NCBI GenBank assembly: GCA_030648955.1
Contig: JAUSHB010000011.1
Coordinates: forward strand, 7,366-71,365
DNA: 64,000 bases
Direction: 5' to 3'
DNA from: a bacterium
GTDB lineage: Bacteria > Patescibacteriota > Minisyncoccia > Phycocordibacterales > JAUSHB01
In this document: positions 39,189 through 47,946 of the stretch, piece by piece
How the letters are laid out: each line of letters opens with the position of its first letter
How positions within the stretch are numbered: the stretch's first letter is position 1
Position numbers and translations under genes: made by a program
The notes under the pieces: model-generated
The model's database searches: none
Seen by the model: only the letters and a program-made list of their open reading frames with translations
What the model was told of the DNA's origin: nothing

Positions 39189-39872
39189 ATGAGAATTTTA
39201 ATTGTTGAGGATGACGAAAAATTAGCAGCCCGTCTCAAGAAAGGTCTTGAAAATAAAGGGTTCGCGGTTGACCTTGTGACCGATGGCCTTAAGGCAGTAA
39301 CACGAATTAGTTTATACCGTACGATATATGAAGTGATCGTATTAGACCTCATGCTTCCTGAAAAAGATGGTTTTGACGTGTGTATTGAAGTACGAAGGCT
39401 TGGAATTAAAATACCTATTCTGGTGCTTACCGCTCGTCAGGATACCGAAGACAAAGTACGAGCGCTTGATAGCGGCGCTGATGATTATCTCGTAAAGCCG
39501 TTTTCAATAGAAGAACTTAGCGCGAGAATTCGCGCACTCACAAGACGTCCCGAAAATCAACTTCCGGTAGTGCTTCAGGTTGGTCCGATCGTACTTCATG
39601 TTAATACCAAAAAGGTGTATTGTAACAATAAGGAGATTTCTCTTACCCTTAAAGAGTTCAGCATCCTTGAATATATGATGCGACACCCCGACCAGGTCCT
39701 TAATCGGGAACAAATCATGGACCATATTTGGGGATTTGATTTCAATTCATTTAGCAACGTGGTTGATGTTCATGTGAAAAATCTACGGAAAAAACTAACC
39801 TATGGAAAAAATAAACCTGTCATCGAAACCGTCTGGGGATTCGGCTATCGACTCAATAAAGACGTTTCCTAG
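39189..39872 (+). CDS. OmpR-family response regulator (REC + winged-helix)
   Basis: MRILIVEDDEKLA...VLDLMLPEKDGFDVC...LVLTAR...DDYLVKPFSIEEL, then a Trans_reg_C domain (VWGFGYRL). Confidence 0.9.
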   Translation: MRILIVEDDEKLAARLKKGLENKGFAVDLVTDGLKAVTRISLYRTIYEVIVLDLMLPEKDGFDVCIEVRRLGIKIPILVLTARQDTEDKVRALDSGADDYLVKPFSIEELSARIRALTRRPENQLPVVLQVGPIVLHVNTKKVYCNNKEISLTLKEFSILEYMMRHPDQVLNREQIMDHIWGFDFNSFSNVVDVHVKNLRKKLTYGKNKPVIETVWGFGYRLNKDVS

Positions 39873-40281
39873 CATCATTCTCCGGACACAGAAACAAATA
39901 AGAGCATGCGTATATGCTGGCTCTGCCCTAATTGTTGTTTTTTTAACAGAAGGAGGGATACTATTTTTCTTGTCGGTAAAATATGAGACGCTACCCTTTT
40001 TGTTTTTGCTTACGTTGCTCGGATTGATCGGTAGTGTCGCAATAATAGCATGGTCACATCAAGCAAGACGAGTAATTAACGAGTTGCTGTTCCTTGCTGA
40101 AGCACGAGGAAAGCAAGAACGCTCAACGTTGGCGCATGATATACGAAATATCCTCGCGATTATTCAAGCGGATGTAGAAATTGCCCTCATGGGTGAGACG
40201 TCCGGAGAGGAGTTGCGTAAAACACTCAAGCAAATTATGACGGAAACGGATGAAATTAATTCAAAATTAAACGAAGTTTAG
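39802..40281 (+). CDS. Truncated sensor kinase: two TM helices + HisKA dimerisation/H-box only (no ATPase domain); possible gene remnant or split kinase
   Basis: The H-box is LAHDIRNILAIIQADVEIAL. No HATPase_c domain. The ORF overlaps the response-regulator 3' end by about 70 nt. A TTG preceded by GAAGGAGGG lies at about 39925-39950 and may be the real start. Confidence 0.45.
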   Translation: MEKINLSSKPSGDSAIDSIKTFPSIILRTQKQIRACVYAGSALIVVFLTEGGILFFLSVKYETLPFLFLLTLLGLIGSVAIIAWSHQARRVINELLFLAEARGKQERSTLAHDIRNILAIIQADVEIALMGETSGEELRKTLKQIMTETDEINSKLNEV

Positions 40282-40317
40282 CCCTCGTTTAATTACCATA
40301 CAATTCATGTATCACAT

Positions 40318-42414
40318 ATGACCAATCGTATTCTCTATATAGTAAAAGTATTGGCGCTAGCGCTCATTTATTTTGTTACTGCAAAAATAGGATTGAATTT
40401 CCATCCTATTTCCAGTTTTTCCACACTTGTTTGGTTACCAAGCGGAATTGCACTTGCCGCGCTTCTTCTCTATGGATTCGAATTATGGCCCGGCATCATG
40501 ATTGGTGCTTTCATGGCAAATATTCTTATTGGCGGAACATTGCCGATAGTACTTTCCATTTCGCTGGGAAACACCCTTGAGGCATTGGCGGGAGTATACA
40601 TCCTACGTCGTTATATTAAACTTGATTACTCACTTGAGCGCTTGCGTGACAGTATCGGTTTTCTTTTGGTTGCGCTTGTTGTACCGATTATTGGTGCAAC
40701 AATAGGAGTAAGTACTTTGTGGGTTACCGAGATAGTTACTCAGCCAACAATCATATCGGTATGGATTACTTGGTGGCTTAGTGGAGTGCTGGGAACTCTC
40801 ACGATCACCCCATTTCTCATATGCTGGCTCTCTAAACCACTCCCCTGGAGAACTGCGTCTATCGAAGTGATCGTGGAGACAACTTCGCTTTTTGCGCTTC
40901 TTGTTGGCATTGATGTTATGGTCTTTTTGACCCCTTTCACACAATTGGACTCTTTCTCGACAATTTACCTCGTTATTGTGCCACTTATGTGGGCAGCAAT
41001 ACGTATGGGACCATTGGGTATTACACTTTCAATATTTATAACCTCATGCATAGGATCATTGGCTGTTTTATTAAACTACGGGACATTTTCTCAAGCAGAT
41101 ATGCTTGCAAGGCTTTTTACAACAGAAATATTTTTAGCATTCATCGCGTTAATTTTTCTACCCTTCACTTCGATTGTAGCTGAAGAAAAAAACACAGCAG
41201 CCATGTTGAGAGAAAATGTTAAGCGTCTTCGTGAGGCATTACAGAAAATCAGCTCCGAAGATAATGCTAAAAACGAGTTTTTGGCAATCCTTGCACATGA
41301 GCTTCGAAATCCCCTCTCGCCAGTGATCACCTCTCTTGAACTTATGAATATAAAAGTTGCGGAAATCAACCGTCCTGATATTTTACAAATCATTAAAACA
41401 TCTGAAACCCATGTTCGTACCATGGTTCACCTCCTTGATGACCTCTTAGATATTTCTCGCATCTCTCGTAGGAAATTTAAATTGGAAAAAGAGACCGTTG
41501 AGTTGCTGTCCATTATTAATCACGCGCAAGAAACCGTTGATGCTTTTTTTGTTTCCCGAAATCATCACTTGTCTATTTCTATGCCCAAGAAACTCATTTG
41601 GATATCCGTGGATCCGGTTCGCATCGAGCAAATATTGAACAACATCCTTCATAATTCGGCAAAATACACCCCCATGGGAGGACATATTGAACTTTTGGTT
41701 ACACATAATGATGAAAAAGAAGAAGTGATAATTCGTATACGAGATAATGGGGTTGGGATTGCTCCCGATATGATACAAAAAATTTTTGAACCCTTTGTTC
41801 AAAAAAACTACACCAGGGATTCGCGGGTAAGCACTGGGCTTGGTATCGGTCTCGTCCTTACCAAACGATTAGTAGAGCTCCATGGCGGAACCATACAAGC
41901 AATGAGCGAGGGATTGGGGAAAGGAAGTGAGTTCACTGTGACCTTGCCTGGTTCTCAAAATATCCAATTGCAAATGGGAACCCCCACAAAAGAACGTCGA
42001 GGTGTGCGAAGAAAACCTTACTTTACGTTTATACCATCAAAAAAAATAGAAGTACGGTCTCCTATTCTTATTGTTGACGATAATAAAGACGCAGCTGATG
42101 GACTCAAAATGCTCCTTGAATATGCGGGGTACAAAGCAGTGGTCGCCTATAGTGGCGAGGAAACGTTTGAGGTTGTTCGAAACGTTCACCCCAAGATTAT
42201 TATCCTCGATATCGGTCTGCCAGACATGAGCGGCTATGTTGTTGCGGAGCTTTTACGAAAAGAGTTTGGTGATTCGCTTACATTGATTGCCCTGACGGGA
42301 TACGGGCAAGACAGAGATAGATTTGAGGCAAAAAAATCAGGCTTTAACTATCACATGACAAAACCAATCAGGATCGACGATCTTAAAAGTATACTCACTG
42401 ACAATAAGGATTAA
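40318..42414 (+). CDS. Hybrid sensor histidine kinase: MASE1 membrane sensor + HisKA + HATPase_c + C-terminal receiver
   Basis: About 8 TM helices at the N-terminus in MASE1 style (WLPSGIALAALLLYG...). H-box FLAILAHELRNPLSPV. N/G boxes (NNILHNSAKYT, DNGVGI, GLGIGL). REC domain (ILIVDDNKDAADG...LDIGLPDMSG...KP). Confidence 0.85.
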   Translation: MTNRILYIVKVLALALIYFVTAKIGLNFHPISSFSTLVWLPSGIALAALLLYGFELWPGIMIGAFMANILIGGTLPIVLSISLGNTLEALAGVYILRRYIKLDYSLERLRDSIGFLLVALVVPIIGATIGVSTLWVTEIVTQPTIISVWITWWLSGVLGTLTITPFLICWLSKPLPWRTASIEVIVETTSLFALLVGIDVMVFLTPFTQLDSFSTIYLVIVPLMWAAIRMGPLGITLSIFITSCIGSLAVLLNYGTFSQADMLARLFTTEIFLAFIALIFLPFTSIVAEEKNTAAMLRENVKRLREALQKISSEDNAKNEFLAILAHELRNPLSPVITSLELMNIKVAEINRPDILQIIKTSETHVRTMVHLLDDLLDISRISRRKFKLEKETVELLSIINHAQETVDAFFVSRNHHLSISMPKKLIWISVDPVRIEQILNNILHNSAKYTPMGGHIELLVTHNDEKEEVIIRIRDNGVGIAPDMIQKIFEPFVQKNYTRDSRVSTGLGIGLVLTKRLVELHGGTIQAMSEGLGKGSEFTVTLPGSQNIQLQMGTPTKERRGVRRKPYFTFIPSKKIEVRSPILIVDDNKDAADGLKMLLEYAGYKAVVAYSGEETFEVVRNVHPKIIILDIGLPDMSGYVVAELLRKEFGDSLTLIALTGYGQDRDRFEAKKSGFNYHMTKPIRIDDLKSILTDNKD

Positions 42415-42481
42415 GATATTTTTTCAATACATCGCTAGAAAAAACAGGGAGATAAATCTCCCTGTTGCTTTAATTCCTCCG

Positions 42482-42835
42482 TTACTTTTTTCTTTCTGAT
42501 TGTATTTTTCTTACCCGCTCCTTTGCATTTTTGAAGTTTTTTGTACAATGCAGTTTTTTCTTTCCCTCAAACCCCCATATCCTTACACACGTGTTACCTT
42601 TTTGTTTTTTGTAAATTACATAGAGGAGTTTAAATTTACGCTTATTTTTCTCCAAAGTGTTGATGACTGAACGCTCCACATTAAGTAGACTATGTGGAAC
42701 TCCTGCGCAATCTTTGTGGCGTTCGAATTTATCCAAAGTAGCATCACACGTCCTTGCTAAATATTCCATCGTTATTTCATTTGTATCTCCATTAACCTCT
42801 ATGTACCACAGAGTTTTTCGTCTTTCAATACGCAT
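42482..42835 (-). CDS. Hypothetical basic protein (117 aa)
   Basis: ORF with no recognisable domain. Divergent from the next gene. Confidence 0.4.
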   Translation of the reverse strand: MRIERRKTLWYIEVNGDTNEITMEYLARTCDATLDKFERHKDCAGVPHSLLNVERSVINTLEKNKRKFKLLYVIYKKQKGNTCVRIWGFEGKKKLHCTKNFKNAKERVRKIQSERKK

Positions 42836-42971
42836 AGCAAACTCCTATTTTATGTGGCTATATACCAGTCTTACCCTACCATAAAAACCCGGGGTCGCAA
42901 GCATAGCGTAGTTAGGTATTCTATAAAAAATCTGCTATACTGCGAGTTCAAGTGAAAATTCAAATAAAAAA

Positions 42972-43361
42972 ATGGCTCAACCAAAAATAGCTGTACGGAA
43001 AGAAACTTTTGTTGCCTCTCCAAAGGTGGCTGCGAAGTCCTCCAACCTTCTTGTTGATTCATGGGGTTACCCGATGACGTTCGTTGAGTTCTATAAAATA
43101 CTGACACGCAATAAATTTACGGTGCAGATCATTAAAATAGGTTCGGAAATATTGGGTGACGCTCAAAAATTTAATGGCTTTTCGGGAAAAGTTGTTCCCA
43201 ACTTATCTGAAGAAAAGATCAAAGAAAAATTTTCTGCAGACATTCGAACCGATGAAACAGGAAAGGAATATTTTTTATTGAATATCGATGACGACACCCC
43301 TCATTTTCTTCGCGAATGGACAGGTCACGCAATGCGCTTCAATCATCTAAGTAATGACTAA
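42972..43361 (+). CDS. Hypothetical protein (129 aa)
   Basis: ORF followed by a strong terminator. Confidence 0.4.
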   Translation: MAQPKIAVRKETFVASPKVAAKSSNLLVDSWGYPMTFVEFYKILTRNKFTVQIIKIGSEILGDAQKFNGFSGKVVPNLSEEKIKEKFSADIRTDETGKEYFLLNIDDDTPHFLREWTGHAMRFNHLSND

Positions 43362-43387
43362 CACTAATGCCCACTATGCGCATTCTT

Positions 43388-43421
43388 TAAAAAAACAGTC
43401 CCTATAAGGGACTGTTTTTTT
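43388..43421. terminator. Bidirectional rho-independent terminator
   Basis: aaaaaaacagtccctataagggactgttttttt: 10-bp stem with A- and T-runs on either side. Confidence 0.6.
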
Positions 43422-43579
43422 AAACTATTTCTTTTTTCCGGAACCTTTTGGCTTTTTCTTTTCTCTGCGCTGTTTATCTCTTCCCTTTGCCATGTTTTTT
43501 AATATAAAATTTTTATCGAATATTTTTTTGCAATCGACCCATTACTTGCTTCATTTCTATTATACAGCATAAATGAACA

Positions 43580-44731
43580 TTATCCTCGAATAACTCGCGC
43601 GATTGATTTAACTAATCTTTTATCAAATATATTCGGTACTATGTTATGAGCATTGGGTCGCGATACTAACCCCGCAATGACATGAGCTACATTACGTTTC
43701 ATTTCATCGGTAATAAGAGTTACATGATTATCAAGCGCTCCGCGAAAAACCCCCGGAAACACTTGAGCATTGTTGAGTTGATTGGGAAAATCACTCCTCC
43801 CTGTCGCGACCACAAACGCCCCTCCCGAAAGCGCCACATCAGGCATGATTTCCGGCGTTGGGTTTGCAAGCGCAAAGACGATCGCCTTACTTGCCATCGT
43901 CTGCACCATTTCCTTGGTCACCAGATCGGGCGCAGAGACACCAATAAACACATCGCTCCCTTCCAATGCATCCGCCAAGCTTCCTCGTTTATCGTGTGAA
44001 TTTGTCATTTCCGCGATTATTCGTTTTTCTTTGACCAACTCCGCTTGTCCCTTGTGAATAATACCCGATCGATCGACAACAAGAATATGTTTAACTCCTT
44101 CACCAATAAGTATTTTTGTAATTGCCATACCCGCAGCACCCGCCCCACTCACCACAATCTTTACGTGACTAATATTCTTCTTCACCACCTTAAGCGCATT
44201 TAAAAGTCCGGCAAGAATAATGATCGCTGTACCGTGCTGATCGTCGTGCATAACAGGAATTGTAAGTTCTTGTTTTAAACGCTCTTCGATCTCAAAGCAT
44301 CGCGGAGCAGAAATGTCTTCAAGGTTGACGCCGCCAAATCCCGGCGCGATTGCTTTTACTATAGCAATAATTTCTTCGGTATTCTGTGTTGCGAGAACAA
44401 TTGGCACCGCATCAATATCAGCAAATGTTTTAAAGAGAACGCACTTTCCTTCCATTACCGGGAGCGCCCCCTCTGGACCAATATTGCCCAGTCCCAGAAC
44501 TGCAGAACCATCGGATATGACTGCAACACTATTTCCCTTCATGGTATAGTCGCGCACCTTCTCTTTATTTTTAGCCAAAAATAAACTTACAGCAGCAACA
44601 CCCGGAGTGTATACGATGCTTAAATCTTTCAAACTCCGAAGTGATGATTTACTTACCACGGACAATTTACCACCCATCTTGAGATGATGTGCGAGCGATT
44701 GTTCTCCAATTGTTCTCTTATTTTTTTTCAT
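43580..44731 (-). CDS. NAD(P)-dependent malic enzyme (short type)
   Basis: ...VYTPGVAAVS... and the NAD-binding region (VVSGAGAAGMAI) are typical of malic enzymes. The start is set at the internal Met (ATG 44729-44731); the ORF-track start is a TTG further upstream. Confidence 0.85.
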   Translation of the reverse strand: MKKNKRTIGEQSLAHHLKMGGKLSVVSKSSLRSLKDLSIVYTPGVAAVSLFLAKNKEKVRDYTMKGNSVAVISDGSAVLGLGNIGPEGALPVMEGKCVLFKTFADIDAVPIVLATQNTEEIIAIVKAIAPGFGGVNLEDISAPRCFEIEERLKQELTIPVMHDDQHGTAIIILAGLLNALKVVKKNISHVKIVVSGAGAAGMAITKILIGEGVKHILVVDRSGIIHKGQAELVKEKRIIAEMTNSHDKRGSLADALEGSDVFIGVSAPDLVTKEMVQTMASKAIVFALANPTPEIMPDVALSGGAFVVATGRSDFPNQLNNAQVFPGVFRGALDNHVTLITDEMKRNVAHVIAGLVSRPNAHNIVPNIFDKRLVKSIARVIRG

Positions 44732-44835
44732 GTAGCTTGAATGCAAAAACATACTATACCATGAACACCCCATGTCCAAAAAAAGAAACCGGTCAAATAA
44801 ATATTGACCGGTTTGTTAACAAAAATTTAAAATAC

Positions 44836-45453
44836 CTATTTGGGCTCCACGTTATCTATAAACTTTCTTACTGCTATAGATAGTTTGCCGAAATATATAT
44901 CCATAAGACCATCAACAGAATCATTTTTTTCTTTCGCAAGGAGTTTATACCAAGATTTTCCTACTTCTTCATAGATATCCGATTTGACGTTTGGAAATGA
45001 TTCGCCACCTTTAAATACGGCGTGCATGAAAAAGCAAACATTTGCATTTTTTCTCATGAGCTCGGTTGAACCTTGTTCCAGATCGCTTGCGATAAAATCA
45101 CCTATAGCAAGATAGTTTTTGCCTTTGATCAAAAACAGGGAAAACGATTTAGCAATATAAAAAGAGCATTTGAGGGATACGGAGCTAGGAATATTGCATG
45201 CCTTACATTGGTACTGAATTCCATCCTGAATGTAGTCAACAAGCGAATTTACATGATTTTCCCCGCAATCTTCCCCCGAGAGTACTTTTCTATATTTGTT
45301 TATTTCGGATAATCTTGCTCGAATCGTTACACCCCAATCAACAAGCCTTTTTAAATCTCTGGGACGTTCACTAACAAGTTTTTTTATTCGAGCATTAATA
45401 CCTTTTTTAAAAAGTAGTACTTGTGCATTTTTGTCCTTTAAACTCATACACAA
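44836..45453 (-). CDS. Hypothetical protein (205 aa), Cys-containing, no recognisable domain
   Basis: Isolated ORF between malic enzyme and mscL. It appears AT-richer than its neighbours. Confidence 0.45.
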   Translation of the reverse strand: MCMSLKDKNAQVLLFKKGINARIKKLVSERPRDLKRLVDWGVTIRARLSEINKYRKVLSGEDCGENHVNSLVDYIQDGIQYQCKACNIPSSVSLKCSFYIAKSFSLFLIKGKNYLAIGDFIASDLEQGSTELMRKNANVCFFMHAVFKGGESFPNVKSDIYEEVGKSWYKLLAKEKNDSVDGLMDIYFGKLSIAVRKFIDNVEPK

Positions 45454-45628
45454 CCTCCAAATAATAAATTCTTTGCAATGTGGTCTGTTTAAATACTATT
45501 TTAATCTAGAGTTACAATATCGCACTGAATGATATTGTCAAATAAAACTTCGACATCATGCAAGGTACTATTTGTTGAAATCACATATACTGTCCTCACG
45601 TAAAGCCCCGAATTGACAAACACATCCC

Positions 45629-46030
45629 TCAAGCAGCTATGTGTGTACAGTGCGAACAACGCTTGGCAGCCACAGGAATCTTGCTTAAACATTCTTTACA
45701 TTTCTTTGTCGTTGAATCGGGAGAAGGTTCTTTGTGTGACCGAGTGATGAGCAAATTCATCGGCTTAATTACAAAGAAAAAAATTGCAACTGCAACCAAT
45801 ATGAAAGAAATAAGCGCGTTAATGAAATGCCCGTACATAAACTTACTTCCATTGAGTGTGAAGATAAGCCCGCTAAAGTCTGGCACCTTTACGATTGCCG
45901 CTATAAGTGGAGTCAGGAGATCAGACACAAGTGCTGTCACAATTGTGCCAAACGCAGCACCAACTACGACACCAACAGCCAAGTCAACAACATTACCTCG
46001 TAGTAAAAATTGTTTAAACTCATTAAACAT
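45629..46030 (-). CDS. mscL: Large-conductance mechanosensitive channel MscL with C-terminal Cys4 zinc-ribbon extension
   Basis: MFNEFKQFLLRGNVVDLAVGVVVGAAFG is a conserved MscL N-terminus. The C-terminus is ...KKCKECLSKIPVAAKRCSHC. Confidence 0.85.
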   Translation of the reverse strand: MFNEFKQFLLRGNVVDLAVGVVVGAAFGTIVTALVSDLLTPLIAAIVKVPDFSGLIFTLNGSKFMYGHFINALISFILVAVAIFFFVIKPMNLLITRSHKEPSPDSTTKKCKECLSKIPVAAKRCSHCTHIAA

Positions 46031-46265
46031 GGTTGTAATAGTAATGGTTGATTATACAAAACAGTTCCTGTACATATATATTATATTATACCACATAGAA
46101 CCATGGGTATGCAGAAAACTCAATTTTATGAGAATACGGTTTGTCGTAATAAAAATATTTGACAATCTTCTTTGGGTATACTATCGTTATCCATAGCTGC
46201 CCTCACGTTTCACATTGGGCAGGATGTGTAGTAGTTCTTTACAACTCACTTTATTGGAGGTAGAT

Positions 46266-46877
46266 ATGTCAACAACTACGATGCCCAAACCGGACGGGAA
46301 TCTCGCGATGATGATAAGTCAGCATCTCGACACAATCCTGCCCAAAAAACTCGAAGAAATTGAAGCCAACAAAACACCCAGTATGGCGATCATCGCCACC
46401 AAAGGTACGCTCGACTGGGCTTACCCGCCGTTTATCCTCGCTTCTACTGGTGCCGCCCTCGACTGGGATGTTTCAATATTCTTCACGTTCTACGGTCTGT
46501 TGCTTCTGAAAAAGGATCTCGACGCCGAAGTCAGCCCGCTGGGAAATCCCGCCATGCCCATGAAGATGCCGTTTGGGCCAAAATGGTTCCAGAGCTTTGT
46601 CTGGCCGATGCCGAACTTACTGATGGCCAGTGTCCCTGGATTTGAAAAAGTGGCCACGGTGCTGATGAAGAAAACCTTCAAGAATAAGGGAGTTGCTACG
46701 ATCCCCGAGCTCCGTAACCTTTGCCTTGAAGCCGGCGTTAAAATGATCGCCTGCCAGATGACTGTCGATGTATTTGGCTTCAGCAAGGACGACTTCATCC
46801 CCGAGGTGAAGGATTATGTCGGTGCCACGTATTTCTTGCCAGTAGCGGCAAAATCCGACGTTTGTCTGTTTATCTGA
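46266..46877 (+). CDS. DsrE/DsrF-like family protein (COG2210-type)
   Basis: The start is moved to the ATG at 46266, preceded by GGAGG. MAIIATKGTLDWAYPPFILASTGAALDWDVSIFFTFYGLLLLKKD ... KMIACQMTVDVFGFSKDD resembles COG2210 DsrE-like proteins. GC content is higher than in flanking genes. Confidence 0.7.
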   Translation: MSTTTMPKPDGNLAMMISQHLDTILPKKLEEIEANKTPSMAIIATKGTLDWAYPPFILASTGAALDWDVSIFFTFYGLLLLKKDLDAEVSPLGNPAMPMKMPFGPKWFQSFVWPMPNLLMASVPGFEKVATVLMKKTFKNKGVATIPELRNLCLEAGVKMIACQMTVDVFGFSKDDFIPEVKDYVGATYFLPVAAKSDVCLFI

Positions 46878-46911
46878 AAAATCTAAAGTAGTTGAGTTCT
46901 TGTTTTATTTT

Positions 46912-46946
46912 ATGCCGTGCGGCTCCACCGCACGGCATTATTTTTT
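46912..46946. terminator. Rho-independent terminator
   Basis: atgccgtgcggctccaccgcacggcat followed by a T-run (tattttttaaaa). A second hairpin may form at gcggctccaccgc. Confidence 0.55.
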
Positions 46947-46965
46947 AAAACTATATTTCAAAATA

Positions 46966-47157
46966 TTATTCTAGTAGCCTAACTTCATCGTCATTGTTTT
47001 TAATCTCTTTCGTCTCAAGGTTGTCGTTTACAGTATACTCCCCTTTGCGCGCCACTGTTTTTATTTCAGTAAAACCGGTCCCCAATTCAAATGGAAGACC
47101 GGTGAGATACAAAACCAGCGAGACGACAATGATTATTAGGATAATGATACCAATCAT
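46966..47157 (-). CDS. Small membrane protein (63 aa)
   Basis: One TM helix (IIILIIIVVSLVLYL). Lies immediately downstream of the DUF1905 gene. Confidence 0.3.
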   Translation of the reverse strand: MIGIIILIIIVVSLVLYLTGLPFELGTGFTEIKTVARKGEYTVNDNLETKEIKNNDDEVRLLE

Positions 47158-47164
47158 CAGTTCA

Positions 47165-47515
47165 TTATAGTTTCTTTTTTCTTTTTGTCATAGATTTTCT
47201 ACTTTTGGATAATTTTACCGTGCTAGGCATCACCTTGATAGAAAATGTAATGATATCGTCGGCGAGTATTTCTTCTTTCTCCCGTATTTTTACTTTAAGC
47301 GGTAAAAGATATGTCCCGCTTATTCTATCGGGAAAGATAGATGTTTTCCAGCTTGTCTTGCCGATGGTAACCATGACCGGCAGTGAACCAAATCCTCGAT
47401 GATATTTCCCATATTTTTCTTTGATCTCTTGCGATTCTTTTTTACTCACGCTGACAAAATGCCATCCTACTACCCCGGGATAGACCCACACTTTTTCCCG
47501 CATGGTGTATTTCAT
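47165..47515 (-). CDS. DUF1905-domain protein
   Basis: VWVYPGVVGWHFVSV...YGKYHRGFGSLPVMVTIGKTSWKTSIFPDRISGTYLLPLKVKIREKEEI matches the DUF1905 consensus (W.F..VP....G.V.V...G..W.TS..P...G.Y.LPLK..IR). Confidence 0.6.
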   Translation of the reverse strand: MKYTMREKVWVYPGVVGWHFVSVSKKESQEIKEKYGKYHRGFGSLPVMVTIGKTSWKTSIFPDRISGTYLLPLKVKIREKEEILADDIITFSIKVMPSTVKLSKSRKSMTKRKKKL

Positions 47516-47538
47516 ATACTTATTAGCTTAGCGGTTGT

Positions 47539-47572
47539 AACATTCTAACATTCTGCAGAATGTTAGAATGTT
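47539..47572. promoter_or_regulatory. Perfect 34-bp palindromic operator (putative ArsR-family binding site) upstream of the DUF1905 gene
   Basis: AACATTCTAACATTCTG|CAGAATGTTAGAATGTT. Each half contains a tandem AACATTC repeat. Lies directly after the arsR stop codon and about 25 nt upstream of the DUF1905 start. Confidence 0.6.
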
Positions 47573-47829
47573 TTAATAAATTTGAGAAACAATTTACCGT
47601 GTGGTGAAAGCGCATGGGTTACCTGACGACCTTGATACGTCTTATTCAAAAGACCGGCGTGAACCAATGATCGCGTATGTTGGGAAATAGTTTTAAAATT
47701 AGCTTCAAGTTCGCCGGAAATTCCCTCAACGCTAATCCCCTCGTTTTTCTCGACAGCAATCAAAATTGCGATGCGCCAATGGTTAGCGACCCCTTTAAAA
47801 TAACGTTCAAGTTGTCTGGGTGTTTTCAT
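47563..47829 (-). CDS. ArsR/SmtB-family transcriptional repressor (no metal-sensing Cys)
   Basis: MKTPRQLERYFKGVANHWRIAILIAVEKNEGISVEGISGELEANFKTISQHTRSLVHAGLL... is a winged HTH of the ArsR family. The start is set at an internal ATG (47827-47829). A TATAAT box lies about 7 nt upstream, suggesting a leaderless transcript. The longer ORF-track N-terminus merely translates the palindrome. Confidence 0.7.
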   Translation of the reverse strand: MKTPRQLERYFKGVANHWRIAILIAVEKNEGISVEGISGELEANFKTISQHTRSLVHAGLLNKTYQGRQVTHALSPHGKLFLKFIKTF

Positions 47830-47852
47830 GGCAGATTCATTATAGCCCACAT

Positions 47853-47896
47853 GTTTCAACATTCCAACATTCTGCAGAATGTTGGAATGTTGAAAC
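47853..47896. promoter_or_regulatory. Perfect 44-bp palindromic operator in the divergent arsR promoter region
   Basis: GTTTCAACATTCCAACATTCTG|CAGAATGTTGGAATGTTGAAAC. It overlaps the arsR -10 region and abuts a TTGCCA(-35)/TATAAT promoter for the + gene at 47947. It differs from the 47539 site by a compensatory T/A to C/G pair. Confidence 0.6.
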
Positions 47897-47946
47897 CGTT
47901 GCCAAAATATTGCAAAAGATATAATTACCTTAAAAGGATACACTGC

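Noticed and set aside
45639-46196. 185-aa + strand ORF overlapping mscL
   Set aside because: It is antisense to a clearly recognisable MscL. No RBS or homology supports it.
47539-47896. Considered whether the long palindromes could be CRISPR repeats or IS terminal inverted repeats
   Set aside because: There are only two copies and no spacer array. No transposase lies between them; the intervening gene is a 88-aa ArsR regulator. The symmetric operator interpretation fits better.
47677-47946. N-terminal part of the 199-aa + ORF, and the N-terminal 44 aa of the arsR ORF
   Set aside because: Both simply translate the palindromic operators. Because a palindrome reads the same on both strands, both give '...FQHSNILQNVGML...'. 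The real genes start at internal ATGs.
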